Source: a virus (taxonomy: Duplodnaviria > Heunggongvirae > Uroviricota > Caudoviricetes). Taken from it: a stretch of DNA of 64,000 bases. Position numbers and translations under genes: made by a program. Under the pieces are notes generated by a model that saw only the letters and a program-made list of their open reading frames with translations, was not told the DNA's origin and did not search any database. Shown here piece by piece: positions 48,940 through 55,648 of this stretch. The stretch lies in IMG/VR virus record IMGVR_UViG_3300042914_002848; one strand, given 5' to 3'. Each line of letters opens with the position of its first letter. Positions within the stretch are counted from its first letter, which is position 1.

Positions 48940-49074
48940 AACACAATGTTGGAGTACCCATCTCGCTCCAATCTTAACTGCTTATTCGTAGTTTTACGAG
49001 GCCTCGGCAGAGGGTGCTAACTCCATATAGAGACCTGCGCTGGTCTTTGTTCTATACTTCTGTTCATTGTGTTT
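48940..49074 (-). ncRNA. Unknown structured RNA (~135 nt), closed multibranch fold
   Basis: Terminal stem AACACAATG/CATTGTGTT; internal AGACC/GGTCT, TGGAGT/ACTCCA, TCGTA/TACGA. Confidence 0.6.
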
Positions 49075-49076
49075 TG

Positions 49077-49208
49077 TAGTCAGGACAGGATTCGAACCTG
49101 TATGTGGTAATCCTTCCAGATATTTCTCACTTACGTTTTTGCCGTATTAGCGTCTACCATATCCAGCACATACTATTACTCTTTGTGCTTTCATTCCGCC
49201 ACCTGACT
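49077..49208 (-). ncRNA. tRNA-scaffold RNA copy 1 (acceptor stem and T-arm, expanded interior)
   Basis: AGTCAGG...ACAGGTTCGAATCCTGTCCTGACT; no canonical anticodon arm. Confidence 0.75.
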
Positions 49209-49213
49209 ATATT

Positions 49214-49288
49214 GTCCACTCTGTTGGATTCGAACCAACTTACTCGCTCTGTGTTCGGATACCGCAGTACCAGGCGACATAGAGGTCA
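49214..49288 (-). ncRNA. tRNA-like element lacking canonical D/anticodon arms
   Basis: GTTGG TTCGAAT CCAAC T-arm, partial acceptor CTCT/AGAG, internal TCGC/GCGA stem. Confidence 0.5.
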
Positions 49289-49319
49289 AAGTGTTTTACC
49301 ACATAACACTAAGAGTGAG

Positions 49320-49394
49320 TACACCTTGCTAGATTCGAACTAGCGACCCTTTGCTTGTAAAACAAATGCTCTGAACCAACTGAGCTAAAGGTGT
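49320..49394 (-). tRNA. tRNA-Val(TAC)
   Basis: TTTGT TTTACAA GCAAA. Confidence 0.9.
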
Positions 49395-49399
49395 AAATG

Positions 49400-49472
49400 T
49401 GACCCCGAACGGAATCGAACCGTTACTCCCCTGGTTAAAAGCCAGGTGCTTTACCAATTAAGCTACGAAGTC
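49400..49472 (-). tRNA. tRNA-Lys(TTT)
   Basis: CCTGG CTTTTAA CCAGG. Confidence 0.9.
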
Positions 49473-49477
49473 TTTTG

Positions 49478-49551
49478 TACTCCCGACAGGACTTGAACCT
49501 GTAACCTCGATGGTATAAGCATCTTGCGCTAACCAATTGCGCCACGAGAGC
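49478..49551 (-). tRNA. tRNA-Ile(TAT)
   Basis: GATG CTTATAC CATC; complete cloverleaf. Confidence 0.85.
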
Positions 49552-49560
49552 ATAATTATG

Positions 49561-49646
49561 AGGAAGAGGTGAGATTCGAACTCACGGAGCTTTAACACCC
49601 TCCGGTTTTCAAGACCGGTGCAATAGACCAACTCTGCCACCCTTCC
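49561..49646 (-). tRNA. tRNA-Ser(TGA)
   Basis: CCGGT CTTGAAA ACCGG, long variable arm. Confidence 0.92.
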
Positions 49647-49652
49647 ATTATG

Positions 49653-49780
49653 TAGTCAGGACAGGATTCGAACCTGTACGCAGGGCTTTCTAAGTCTTTG
49701 CCTCCTGCATCCCTCTTGAGTGTCCTTCTGTATTGCTACATTTCCTCCGTTGGATTGCGTCTACATTCCGCCACCTGACT
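49653..49780 (-). ncRNA. tRNA-scaffold RNA copy 2
   Basis: AGTCAGGTGGCGGAATGTAGACGC...ACAGGTTCGAATCCTGTCCTGACT. Confidence 0.75.
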
Positions 49781-49786
49781 ATATTT

Positions 49787-49938
49787 AAAGTAACCCAACT
49801 CAGAAGGGTATTTGTTACATTATCACAGCTTTTGCAATGTACTCTGGTTAATTATTCCGTCTGTACCCAACCGCTTTATGTTGGCTTATAGCTGGCTATT
49901 TTAATGCAACTCACAACTTTATTTGTTGGAATTACTTT
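49787..49938 (-). ncRNA. Unknown structured RNA (~150 nt)
   Basis: Terminal stem AAAGTAA(TT)CCAAC/GTTGG(G)TTACTTT, internal CCAAC/GTTGG and TACATT/AATGTA. Confidence 0.45.
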
Positions 49939-49941
49939 TTG

Positions 49942-50063
49942 CAGTCAGGACAGGATTCGAACCTGTGACATTGCAACCCTTATACTTCTCGCGTCCAAAT
50001 GATTTTGAATCGTGGTGTTTTTGGGATGTGATAAACCTCTTTCACATTACGCAATACCTGACT
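49942..50063 (-). ncRNA. tRNA-scaffold RNA copy 3
   Basis: AGTCAGG...ACAGGTTCGAATCCTGTCCTGACT with an unrelated structured interior. Confidence 0.75.
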
Positions 50064-50068
50064 ATATG

Positions 50069-50139
50069 TTGCCCCCCAAGGATTCGAACCTCGATAAACA
50101 GAATCAAAGTCTGCTGTCCTGCCGTTAGACGAGGGGGCA
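50069..50139 (-). tRNA. tRNA-Gln(TTG)
   Basis: GCAGA CTTTGAT TCTGT. Confidence 0.9.
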
Positions 50140-50152
50140 GTGGTTTTCCAAG

Positions 50153-50164
50153 ATGTCAAAGAAC
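50153..50164 (-). promoter_or_regulatory. rrn-type boxA antitermination element
   Basis: GTTCTTTGACAT about 14 nt before the first tRNA; resembles boxA GCTCTTTAACA. Confidence 0.65.
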
Positions 50165-50200
50165 GATGGTTTTTTAGTGAGAACCAACTCAAGAACTAAA

Positions 50201-50256
50201 CAAATATACGAATAAATTTTTAAATTTCCAAGCTTTCAATATTAAATTTGCGTTAA
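50201..50256 (-). promoter_or_regulatory. Bacteroidota-type promoter of the tRNA array
   Basis: TTGG-N19-TATATTTG plus the upstream TTAA-N7-TTAA motif shared with early promoters. Confidence 0.7.
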
Positions 50257-50260
50257 TAAT

Positions 50261-50290
50261 AAAAAAGCCCGAATTTTGTGGTTCGGGCTT
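50261..50290 (-). terminator. Intrinsic terminator (attenuator) downstream of the leader peptide
   Basis: AAGCCCGAA-N8-TTCGGGCTT followed by a T-tract. Confidence 0.85.
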
Positions 50291-50314
50291 GCTCTTTTAG
50301 ATTTGTATTCTTTA

Positions 50315-50416
50315 TTAGATACACATCCACGGAACAACCCCATAGGTATAATCTACCTTAATGGCTGTAAACCAATGCTGATTTGAGAGATTACGTGGGT
50401 GTGTTATTGAATGCAT
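50315..50416 (-). CDS. 33-aa leader peptide MHSITHPRNLSNQHWFTAIKVDYTYGVVPWMCI (putative attenuator uORF)
   Basis: Hand translation; A-rich upstream region, tandem TAA TAA stops, 19 of 20 amino acids, 3' end overlaps the antiterminator arm. Confidence 0.75.
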   Translation of the reverse strand: MHSITHPRNLSNQHWFTAIKVDYTYGVVPWMCI

Positions 50417-50484
50417 GATATTTTTGTTTTTTCCGAATATAAATATACAAAAAATAAATAAAAACTATTAATTTAATTTTTTTG

Positions 50485-50558
50485 TGTTCCTGGTAGGGTT
50501 CGAACCTACGACCACCTGATTATGAGTCAGACGCTCTAACCTGCTGAGCTACGGGAAC
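50485..50558 (-). tRNA. tRNA with CAT anticodon (Ile2/lysidine-type or Met)
   Basis: CTGA CTCATAA TCAG. Confidence 0.85.
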
Positions 50559-50565
50559 GATTTTT

Positions 50566-50685
50566 TTAGATTAATGATGTTAAAATATTACCAACAATAG
50601 CAAAGGCCCAAGCTATAATTACTAAAGTTGAAAAACCTACTGCTAAATAGTAAAATACATCATCCGGTGTGGTTTTTAGTTTCAT
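50566..50685 (-). CDS. Small membrane peptide (39 aa)
   Basis: MKLKTTPDDVFYYLAVGFSTLVIIAWAFAIVGNILTSLI. Confidence 0.5.
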   Translation of the reverse strand: MKLKTTPDDVFYYLAVGFSTLVIIAWAFAIVGNILTSLI

Positions 50686-50700
50686 ACCTATTACTTTTTA

Positions 50701-50916
50701 TTAGCGATATAATGTAACAATACTACCAAACTCTTCATCAAAGATTTTAAGTAAGTTTTCATAATCACCACTCATCATCCTATTGGTAATTTCTTTTGAA
50801 TCCTTACCAAGTTGTTTGGCCAAATTTCGTGCAGTTCCTATAAGAAAGAATGCGTTTCCTTGAGGACCAGTCAAATCAATTTCTAAATTGCGGTTGGTTG
50901 GTTTTTTCTTTATCAT
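50701..50916 (-). CDS. Hypothetical phage protein
   Basis: IDLTGPQGNAFFLIG...MMSGDYENLL. Confidence 0.7.
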   Translation of the reverse strand: MIKKKPTNRNLEIDLTGPQGNAFFLIGTARNLAKQLGKDSKEITNRMMSGDYENLLKIFDEEFGSIVTLYR

Positions 50917-50921
50917 AATTT

Positions 50922-51248
50922 TTATTTTAAATAATTTGGTCCGTATGGGGTATAATTACAACCTTCAATAACATTTCCACGACTAATTGCGGCGGGTTGA
51001 CGGTGGGTTGCTGCTTTCAATAAATCACCTCTAAGATAAGGTTTACCTTTTAATACACCATTATTACGGGCGATAAATCCCCACGCACAATTGTTTACTG
51101 TGATTTTGTGAAATTTACTTCCGGTGTTTAACTTTATATCAACTACCGCCCTACCGAATTGAGCATTGTAATACTCATTCAGTTGGGATGTTAATACATT
51201 CATAAAATCCTCAATAGTGGAGCAGGGGGGGCAATTCAATTGTTTCAT
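50922..51248 (-). CDS. Hypothetical phage protein
   Basis: GDLLKAA...PA...RGN motif seen in small early phage proteins. Confidence 0.65.
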   Translation of the reverse strand: MKQLNCPPCSTIEDFMNVLTSQLNEYYNAQFGRAVVDIKLNTGSKFHKITVNNCAWGFIARNNGVLKGKPYLRGDLLKAATHRQPAAISRGNVIEGCNYTPYGPNYLK

Positions 51249-51268
51249 ATAAAATTTAGGTTAAATCT

Positions 51269-51439
51269 TTAATTTATAAAATCTGATGTGTTGACAATAA
51301 AATCTTCTTCTTTGCCTGTATGAAAATTCTTAACAACTACAATGAATGAGTTTTCATTGAATTTACCGTGAACCATACCTTCACGAATAACTCCATTATC
51401 ATTGAATTTACGAATTTCTGAAATCTTTATTTTGTTCAT
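51269..51439 (-). CDS. Small hypothetical protein (56 aa)
   Basis: Hand translation MNKIKISEIRKF...TSDFIN. Confidence 0.5.
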   Translation of the reverse strand: MNKIKISEIRKFNDNGVIREGMVHGKFNENSFIVVVKNFHTGKEEDFIVNTSDFIN

Positions 51440-51447
51440 AATATTAA

Positions 51448-52005
51448 TTAAGCTGTGATACCACTCATATATGGTAATAACTCAACCTTAGCTTTTTCAG
51501 CTATCTTAGCATCTACATACTTTACAGTATCGTTAAAGGTTCTCCCACTACGGACCTCATTCACAACCCACTCTACAGTACCAAAGCGGGGTTGGTTTTC
51601 AGTAAATGCGTATTTAACACCGGCCTCCAACTCCAATCCATTATCGGAAATAGTACCACTATTTTCATAACTTTCATACATATCAATCATTCCATTGAAT
51701 TTACCATACTCCCACATATCCACAAAATCAGAAATCGTTTTGAAGGATTGAGAGTCAATTGGAGCACCTAATTTGGTGGATACATACACACGGAGGGAGT
51801 TACCACCCGAAAAAGAATCGGATGCCACACGGCACAGCACATTTGGGAAATTTCGTTTAACAAACTGCTTCACCAAAAGACCGGCGGTGGGGGGATTCAC
51901 ATACACATACTTACTACCCTTATTAGGGCCGTAGTTTTTAGTACGAATTGCTTTCAACGGGAGTTCGTAAGAAGAACCGTGGATACTAACTGAAAATTTT
52001 GTCAT
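51448..52005 (-). CDS. Hypothetical protein, LPD29-like domain
   Basis: VKQFVKRNFPNVLCRVASDSFSGGNSLRV...FNGMIDMYE. Confidence 0.5.
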   Translation of the reverse strand: MTKFSVSIHGSSYELPLKAIRTKNYGPNKGSKYVYVNPPTAGLLVKQFVKRNFPNVLCRVASDSFSGGNSLRVYVSTKLGAPIDSQSFKTISDFVDMWEYGKFNGMIDMYESYENSGTISDNGLELEAGVKYAFTENQPRFGTVEWVVNEVRSGRTFNDTVKYVDAKIAEKAKVELLPYMSGITA

Positions 52006-52027
52006 AATATAGGGGGTTTAATTTTTT

Positions 52028-52144
52028 TTAGGATGCTAATTCGGTATCAAATCTTTGAACAGGCTCTTTAAGCAGGTTTACCCTACAAGGTTCATCAACG
52101 ATGAAAAGGTAAACAAGCAATAAACTCATTAGGTTCGTTTTCAT
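52028..52144 (-). CDS. Small hypothetical peptide
   Basis: Likely start at 52144, directly after the repeated promoter/leader. Confidence 0.35.
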   Translation of the reverse strand: MKTNLMSLLLVYLFIVDEPCRVNLLKEPVQRFDTELAS

Positions 52145-52156
52145 ATCTCTCATTAA

Positions 52157-52280
52157 CTTACAAAGTAAAGATACTACAGAAAACCTATATTTCCAAGCTT
52201 TCAATATTAAATTATCGTTAAATTTATCCACATTTTGCTCTAAATCCACGAAATAGTGTCCACTAAATTGGACACTATTT
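52157..52280 (-). promoter_or_regulatory. Early promoter module with DnaA box and palindrome
   Basis: TTATCCACA 52224; GTGTCCA-N6-TGGACAC 52256. Confidence 0.7.
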
Positions 52281-52291
52281 TATATGGGTGG

Positions 52292-52540
52292 TTAATTCCA
52301 CCTTTTTTCGTGCCGTTCCTTTAATTCATTTACCTCTGATTTAACTTCCGACCAATATGCATATCCTCTATCTGCCCCCATATCACCCAACACCTCATTA
52401 CAGGTTATTAATGCGCATTGGATTGCTTCACTCCACCTGCTACTACAACAATTAATTCCTGTGTTTAGGCTACCATTGTTGGGGAATGAGTAATAAAATT
52501 TATCCACCAAAAATTTTGCTTTTTCTTTTGCAGTCATCAT
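52292..52540 (-). CDS. Hypothetical protein
   Basis: MTAKEKAKFLVDKF...AIQCALITCNEVL...YWSEVKSEV. Confidence 0.65.
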   Translation of the reverse strand: MMTAKEKAKFLVDKFYYSFPNNGSLNTGINCCSSRWSEAIQCALITCNEVLGDMGADRGYAYWSEVKSEVNELKERHEKRWN

Positions 52541-52674
52541 AGCATTTACAATTTTTTATCATTATTCTTTTTATACAAATGCGTTGTAATGATGAATATC
52601 GCAAAAATAACCATCATTATAAATGATAGTATTGTAAAATCTATTTTAATCATAACTTTATTTTTTTATTAATT

Positions 52675-52980
52675 TTATGATATCATCCAATTAATATCCT
52701 GTTTGTATGTAATACTTTCATACCCATAATACTCATTAATTGTAAATTCGGTATCAACGGGTATTAAACATACTGATAAACCGGATATACCTCCAAGATG
52801 TATGCCTGGATAAGTTTTTTCTACATATGATATGGTGGCATCGTAATTACCTGATTCAACCAACTCAATTAATTTTGGGTCAAAAACTGCGTTTGGTGGT
52901 GCTCCATAGGTATAAAACCCTGAACCATACCCTTCAGATATTAAGACCTTGGTCATACCATCAACAACTACTTTTTCCAT
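52675..52980 (-). CDS. Hypothetical phage protein
   Basis: VLISEGYGSGF...FDPKLIELVE...FTINEYYGYESI. Confidence 0.65.
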   Translation of the reverse strand: MEKVVVDGMTKVLISEGYGSGFYTYGAPPNAVFDPKLIELVESGNYDATISYVEKTYPGIHLGGISGLSVCLIPVDTEFTINEYYGYESITYKQDINWMIS

Positions 52981-53170
52981 AATGTATATTATTTAATTTA
53001 AGCCAAAATAATTATCACCATCCGTAACACCATTATAATATTCTAAAAGAATAAGTTCTGCTGTTTCCTCGTCAACCCATTGGTGATATTGTGTAAATTC
53101 ACCAACCCAAAATTTACCATATTGATAAGGTAAATCCCATACTGATAATTTTGTATTTTTCATATCTTAA

Positions 53171-53569
53171 TTAAAGTTTAATTTCAAAACGATTACGCAT
53201 TTGTTCAATCTTTTCTTCGGGTACTCCATGCTCATTGACACCATTATGGCGATTTTCAACAATGATAGAAAATACTTGATATCCATATTTAGCAGCCAAT
53301 TGATAGTATGCTTCCATCTCCCACTCTTGGGTGAAAGTGTTGGAAACCACAATCCGATTTACATTGATTTGTGGGTCATTACATCTCATCCATATTTGTG
53401 TTTGTGATTGGCAGTAATTATGTGCTAATTTAAGTTTAGAAGCATCAAAATTATATTTACCATCCACCATAAAGTATTGGTCGGCTTCAATATTAATACC
53501 ACCAAGCGCTTTAGCAAGGGTTGATTTACCCGAACCTGGCAGGCCACGAACTAAAAATAACTTTTTCAT
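53171..53569 (-). CDS. P-loop kinase (polynucleotide kinase-like, AAA_33)
   Basis: RGLPGSGKST, EADQYF, VVSNTFT, HGVPEEKIEQMRNRF. Confidence 0.88.
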   Translation of the reverse strand: MKKLFLVRGLPGSGKSTLAKALGGINIEADQYFMVDGKYNFDASKLKLAHNYCQSQTQIWMRCNDPQINVNRIVVSNTFTQEWEMEAYYQLAAKYGYQVFSIIVENRHNGVNEHGVPEEKIEQMRNRFEIKL

Positions 53570-53762
53570 TTTGTTAAACCTCTTTTTTTAAAGTAACCCA
53601 AAGTATTAGATATATCCAAAATGCGTATGGGAATATAAATAAAAATCCTATTCTCCAAAGGATTGGTGGTATTCCACTCCATTTACCAAGTCCATCACAT
53701 ACCCCACCAATATAACCACCATTACCTAAAAATAACTTATCCATTATTCTATATGCTTTCTA

Positions 53763-54221
53763 TTAGAATTCGCCATAATTTACCTGAAAGCATGCAATTC
53801 CCCTATCCCGCCACATCTTTACTACCTTATCCCTATCATCAAAAACGCAGAGGATTTTATTACCATCATTAAGTAATTCATCCAACCACCCGGATTTCAG
53901 TACATCATCGGGAGTGTAATCTTTTTGAGGTCGCATATGAAGAAAATCGTAATCTACTCCATTGGATTTCAACCAAGCTTCAGTTTCGGTTTTGGATATT
54001 GAATCCCTACCCGAAAAAATACCTACAGTATATCCGGCCGATTTCATTGCGGAAAAGGCCGAGATAACAGGCAGATTCGGTTTATCCAACTGAATGTTTT
54101 GTGGGTCAAAAAATACACCCCAATTTAATTTACCATTCTGCTTTGTTGCTTTTTCTCGCCTAGCATCAATTAAGGCAAGAGTACCATCCAAATCAAATAT
54201 AACTATAGTTTTCATATACAA
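53763..54221 (-). CDS. HAD-family phosphatase (T4 PseT 3'-phosphatase domain-like)
   Basis: IFDLDGTLA, FSGR, LHMRP..DYTPD...K, VFDDRDKVVKMWR..G. Confidence 0.88.
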   Translation of the reverse strand: MYMKTIVIFDLDGTLALIDARREKATKQNGKLNWGVFFDPQNIQLDKPNLPVISAFSAMKSAGYTVGIFSGRDSISKTETEAWLKSNGVDYDFLHMRPQKDYTPDDVLKSGWLDELLNDGNKILCVFDDRDKVVKMWRDRGIACFQVNYGEF

Positions 54222-54250
54222 ATATACAAATTAAATTTTAAATATCCAAA

Positions 54251-55294
54251 TTAAAGTTTAGAAAATTTAGGTTGGATTATTTTCCATATCAACCTCGAAT
54301 AATCTTTATAATCATACATCTTAAATAAGATTGCCGGGTACTTATGCTTTTTAGCAAGTTCAGCGAACCTGGCACGATTTTCAAATTCATCGGATTTACT
54401 AAGAATCCTAAATATCCAAATATATTCATCCTCTATTTTATTGTATTTATCCACCAACTTATTTGAGTATTGGCGAATCTTATCATAAAATTCATCGGGA
54501 ACATCGGTTAGGGTTGATAGAATATCACCACCATTAGAAAGAACTTCCCATACTGCGGTAGTAGAAAGGTGGGTCATTATTCGGTGAAGTCTTAAATATT
54601 CTTCACCTTTTATTTTAACCCTATCACCATTTGAAAAACGAACTACGAATCCTTCCTGATTGTTTTTTACCATACCTTTTAATAGGTTGTAGTTAGATAT
54701 AGTATCGTATTTCTTTACTAAATCCCAACCTTTAAAAGTAGCTGGTTCACCCCAATAAATTTCAAAAGTAGATGAATCATCTCGCAAAATTTCTTCACCG
54801 GTATCGGTTTTAATAGCAGCAAGTAAAACAAGTCGGCTCACTCCACCATAATCAACAACTATCCTATTTTCGGGATAGATTATCTCAAACAGGTAGGTGT
54901 AACCATCTACTAAAATTTCAGAAAAATTATACCTATCACCCCAATTAGCCATCCATATAGCTTGTTCGGATGTGAACGAACCACGAGTAGCATAAACAGC
55001 CCGGCCTTCCCACATAAAAACGATTCCTAAAGAACCATCCATTTTTTCAAAAACCTCAAACTTTTGGGTTGGTGTATGCTTTTTCTCTTCAATATTAAAA
55101 AACTTTTGGAATGGACGAGCAACTATTTGACCACTACCATCAGTAACAAGACCTCTACATTGTAAAGTAATCTCATCCCACAAACCTTCATATTGAACCT
55201 TTTCGGTATAGTTCCATATAGTAAGTGGTAAGGTTGGGTGAATCTGCGAATATAACAATCCCCTCTCCTTATAATCATTTAATATATCTAACAT
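54251..55294 (-). CDS. RNA ligase 1 (T4 RnlA-like)
   Basis: CRGLV, RPFQKFFN, EKMDGSLG, ATRGSF, FEII.PENRIVV.Y, EGFVV, VKIK. Confidence 0.92.
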   Translation of the reverse strand: MLDILNDYKERGLLYSQIHPTLPLTIWNYTEKVQYEGLWDEITLQCRGLVTDGSGQIVARPFQKFFNIEEKKHTPTQKFEVFEKMDGSLGIVFMWEGRAVYATRGSFTSEQAIWMANWGDRYNFSEILVDGYTYLFEIIYPENRIVVDYGGVSRLVLLAAIKTDTGEEILRDDSSTFEIYWGEPATFKGWDLVKKYDTISNYNLLKGMVKNNQEGFVVRFSNGDRVKIKGEEYLRLHRIMTHLSTTAVWEVLSNGGDILSTLTDVPDEFYDKIRQYSNKLVDKYNKIEDEYIWIFRILSKSDEFENRARFAELAKKHKYPAILFKMYDYKDYSRLIWKIIQPKFSKL

Positions 55295-55310
55295 ACTAAA
55301 TTTTATCTTA

Positions 55311-55565
55311 CTAATTATAGAATAATCCTTCAGATAACTTAATGCTTAATGTATGGTCCATATAATCCCACGCGTGCATTCCTGCTATTTCCCTTAGTTT
55401 ACTATCTCTAGCTAACCACATAACACTATCATATTGTAATTCCCCAATATAATTGGAGGATTTCATTTGTTCCAAAATTGCGGAAACCGATAAGGGATAC
55501 TTATCAGCCTGTCCTTCAATTACTGCTTTAGCTTCCTGCTTCAATCGCTCAAATAGATTTTTCAT
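55311..55565 (-). CDS. Hypothetical protein
   Basis: 84-aa ORF behind an early promoter. Confidence 0.6.
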   Translation of the reverse strand: MKNLFERLKQEAKAVIEGQADKYPLSVSAILEQMKSSNYIGELQYDSVMWLARDSKLREIAGMHAWDYMDHTLSIKLSEGLFYN

Positions 55566-55582
55566 AATTTTTATTTTTTAAT

Positions 55583-55648
55583 TTACAATGTAAAGATATT
55601 ACAGAAAGAGCAATTTTCCAAGCTTTCAATATTAAATTATCGTTAAGT
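55583..55648 (-). promoter_or_regulatory. Early promoter module
   Basis: Same TTGG...TATCTTTA repeat. Confidence 0.65.

Noticed and set aside
48940-49074. SRP RNA or hammerhead ribozyme
   Set aside because: Lacks the SRP domain IV GGAA/GCAGC motif and the hammerhead CUGANGA/GAAA core.
49077-50063. CRISPR array or tmRNA
   Set aside because: Repeats are tRNA acceptor/T-arm halves with irregular spacing and intervening tRNAs, and there are no cas genes. Elements are too short for tmRNA and lack the Ala G3-U70 acceptor and a tag ORF.
42734-50192. ORFs overlapping tRNA genes (42734..43075, 46425..46721, 46932..47129, 48410..48601, 49104..49343, 49458..49640, 49923..50177, 49980..50192)
   Set aside because: They are translations of tRNA or ncRNA sequence.
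41933-50558. Stop-codon reassignment / suppressor tRNA
   Set aside because: Anticodons TAA, TAG and TGA here are ordinary Leu, Leu and Ser anticodons. No CTA, TTA or TCA anticodon was found, and genes are intact in the standard code.
41182-52249. ORFs 41182..41403 and the extended 52028..52249
   Set aside because: They run through the repeated promoter/DnaA-box modules; likely spurious or with a downstream true start.
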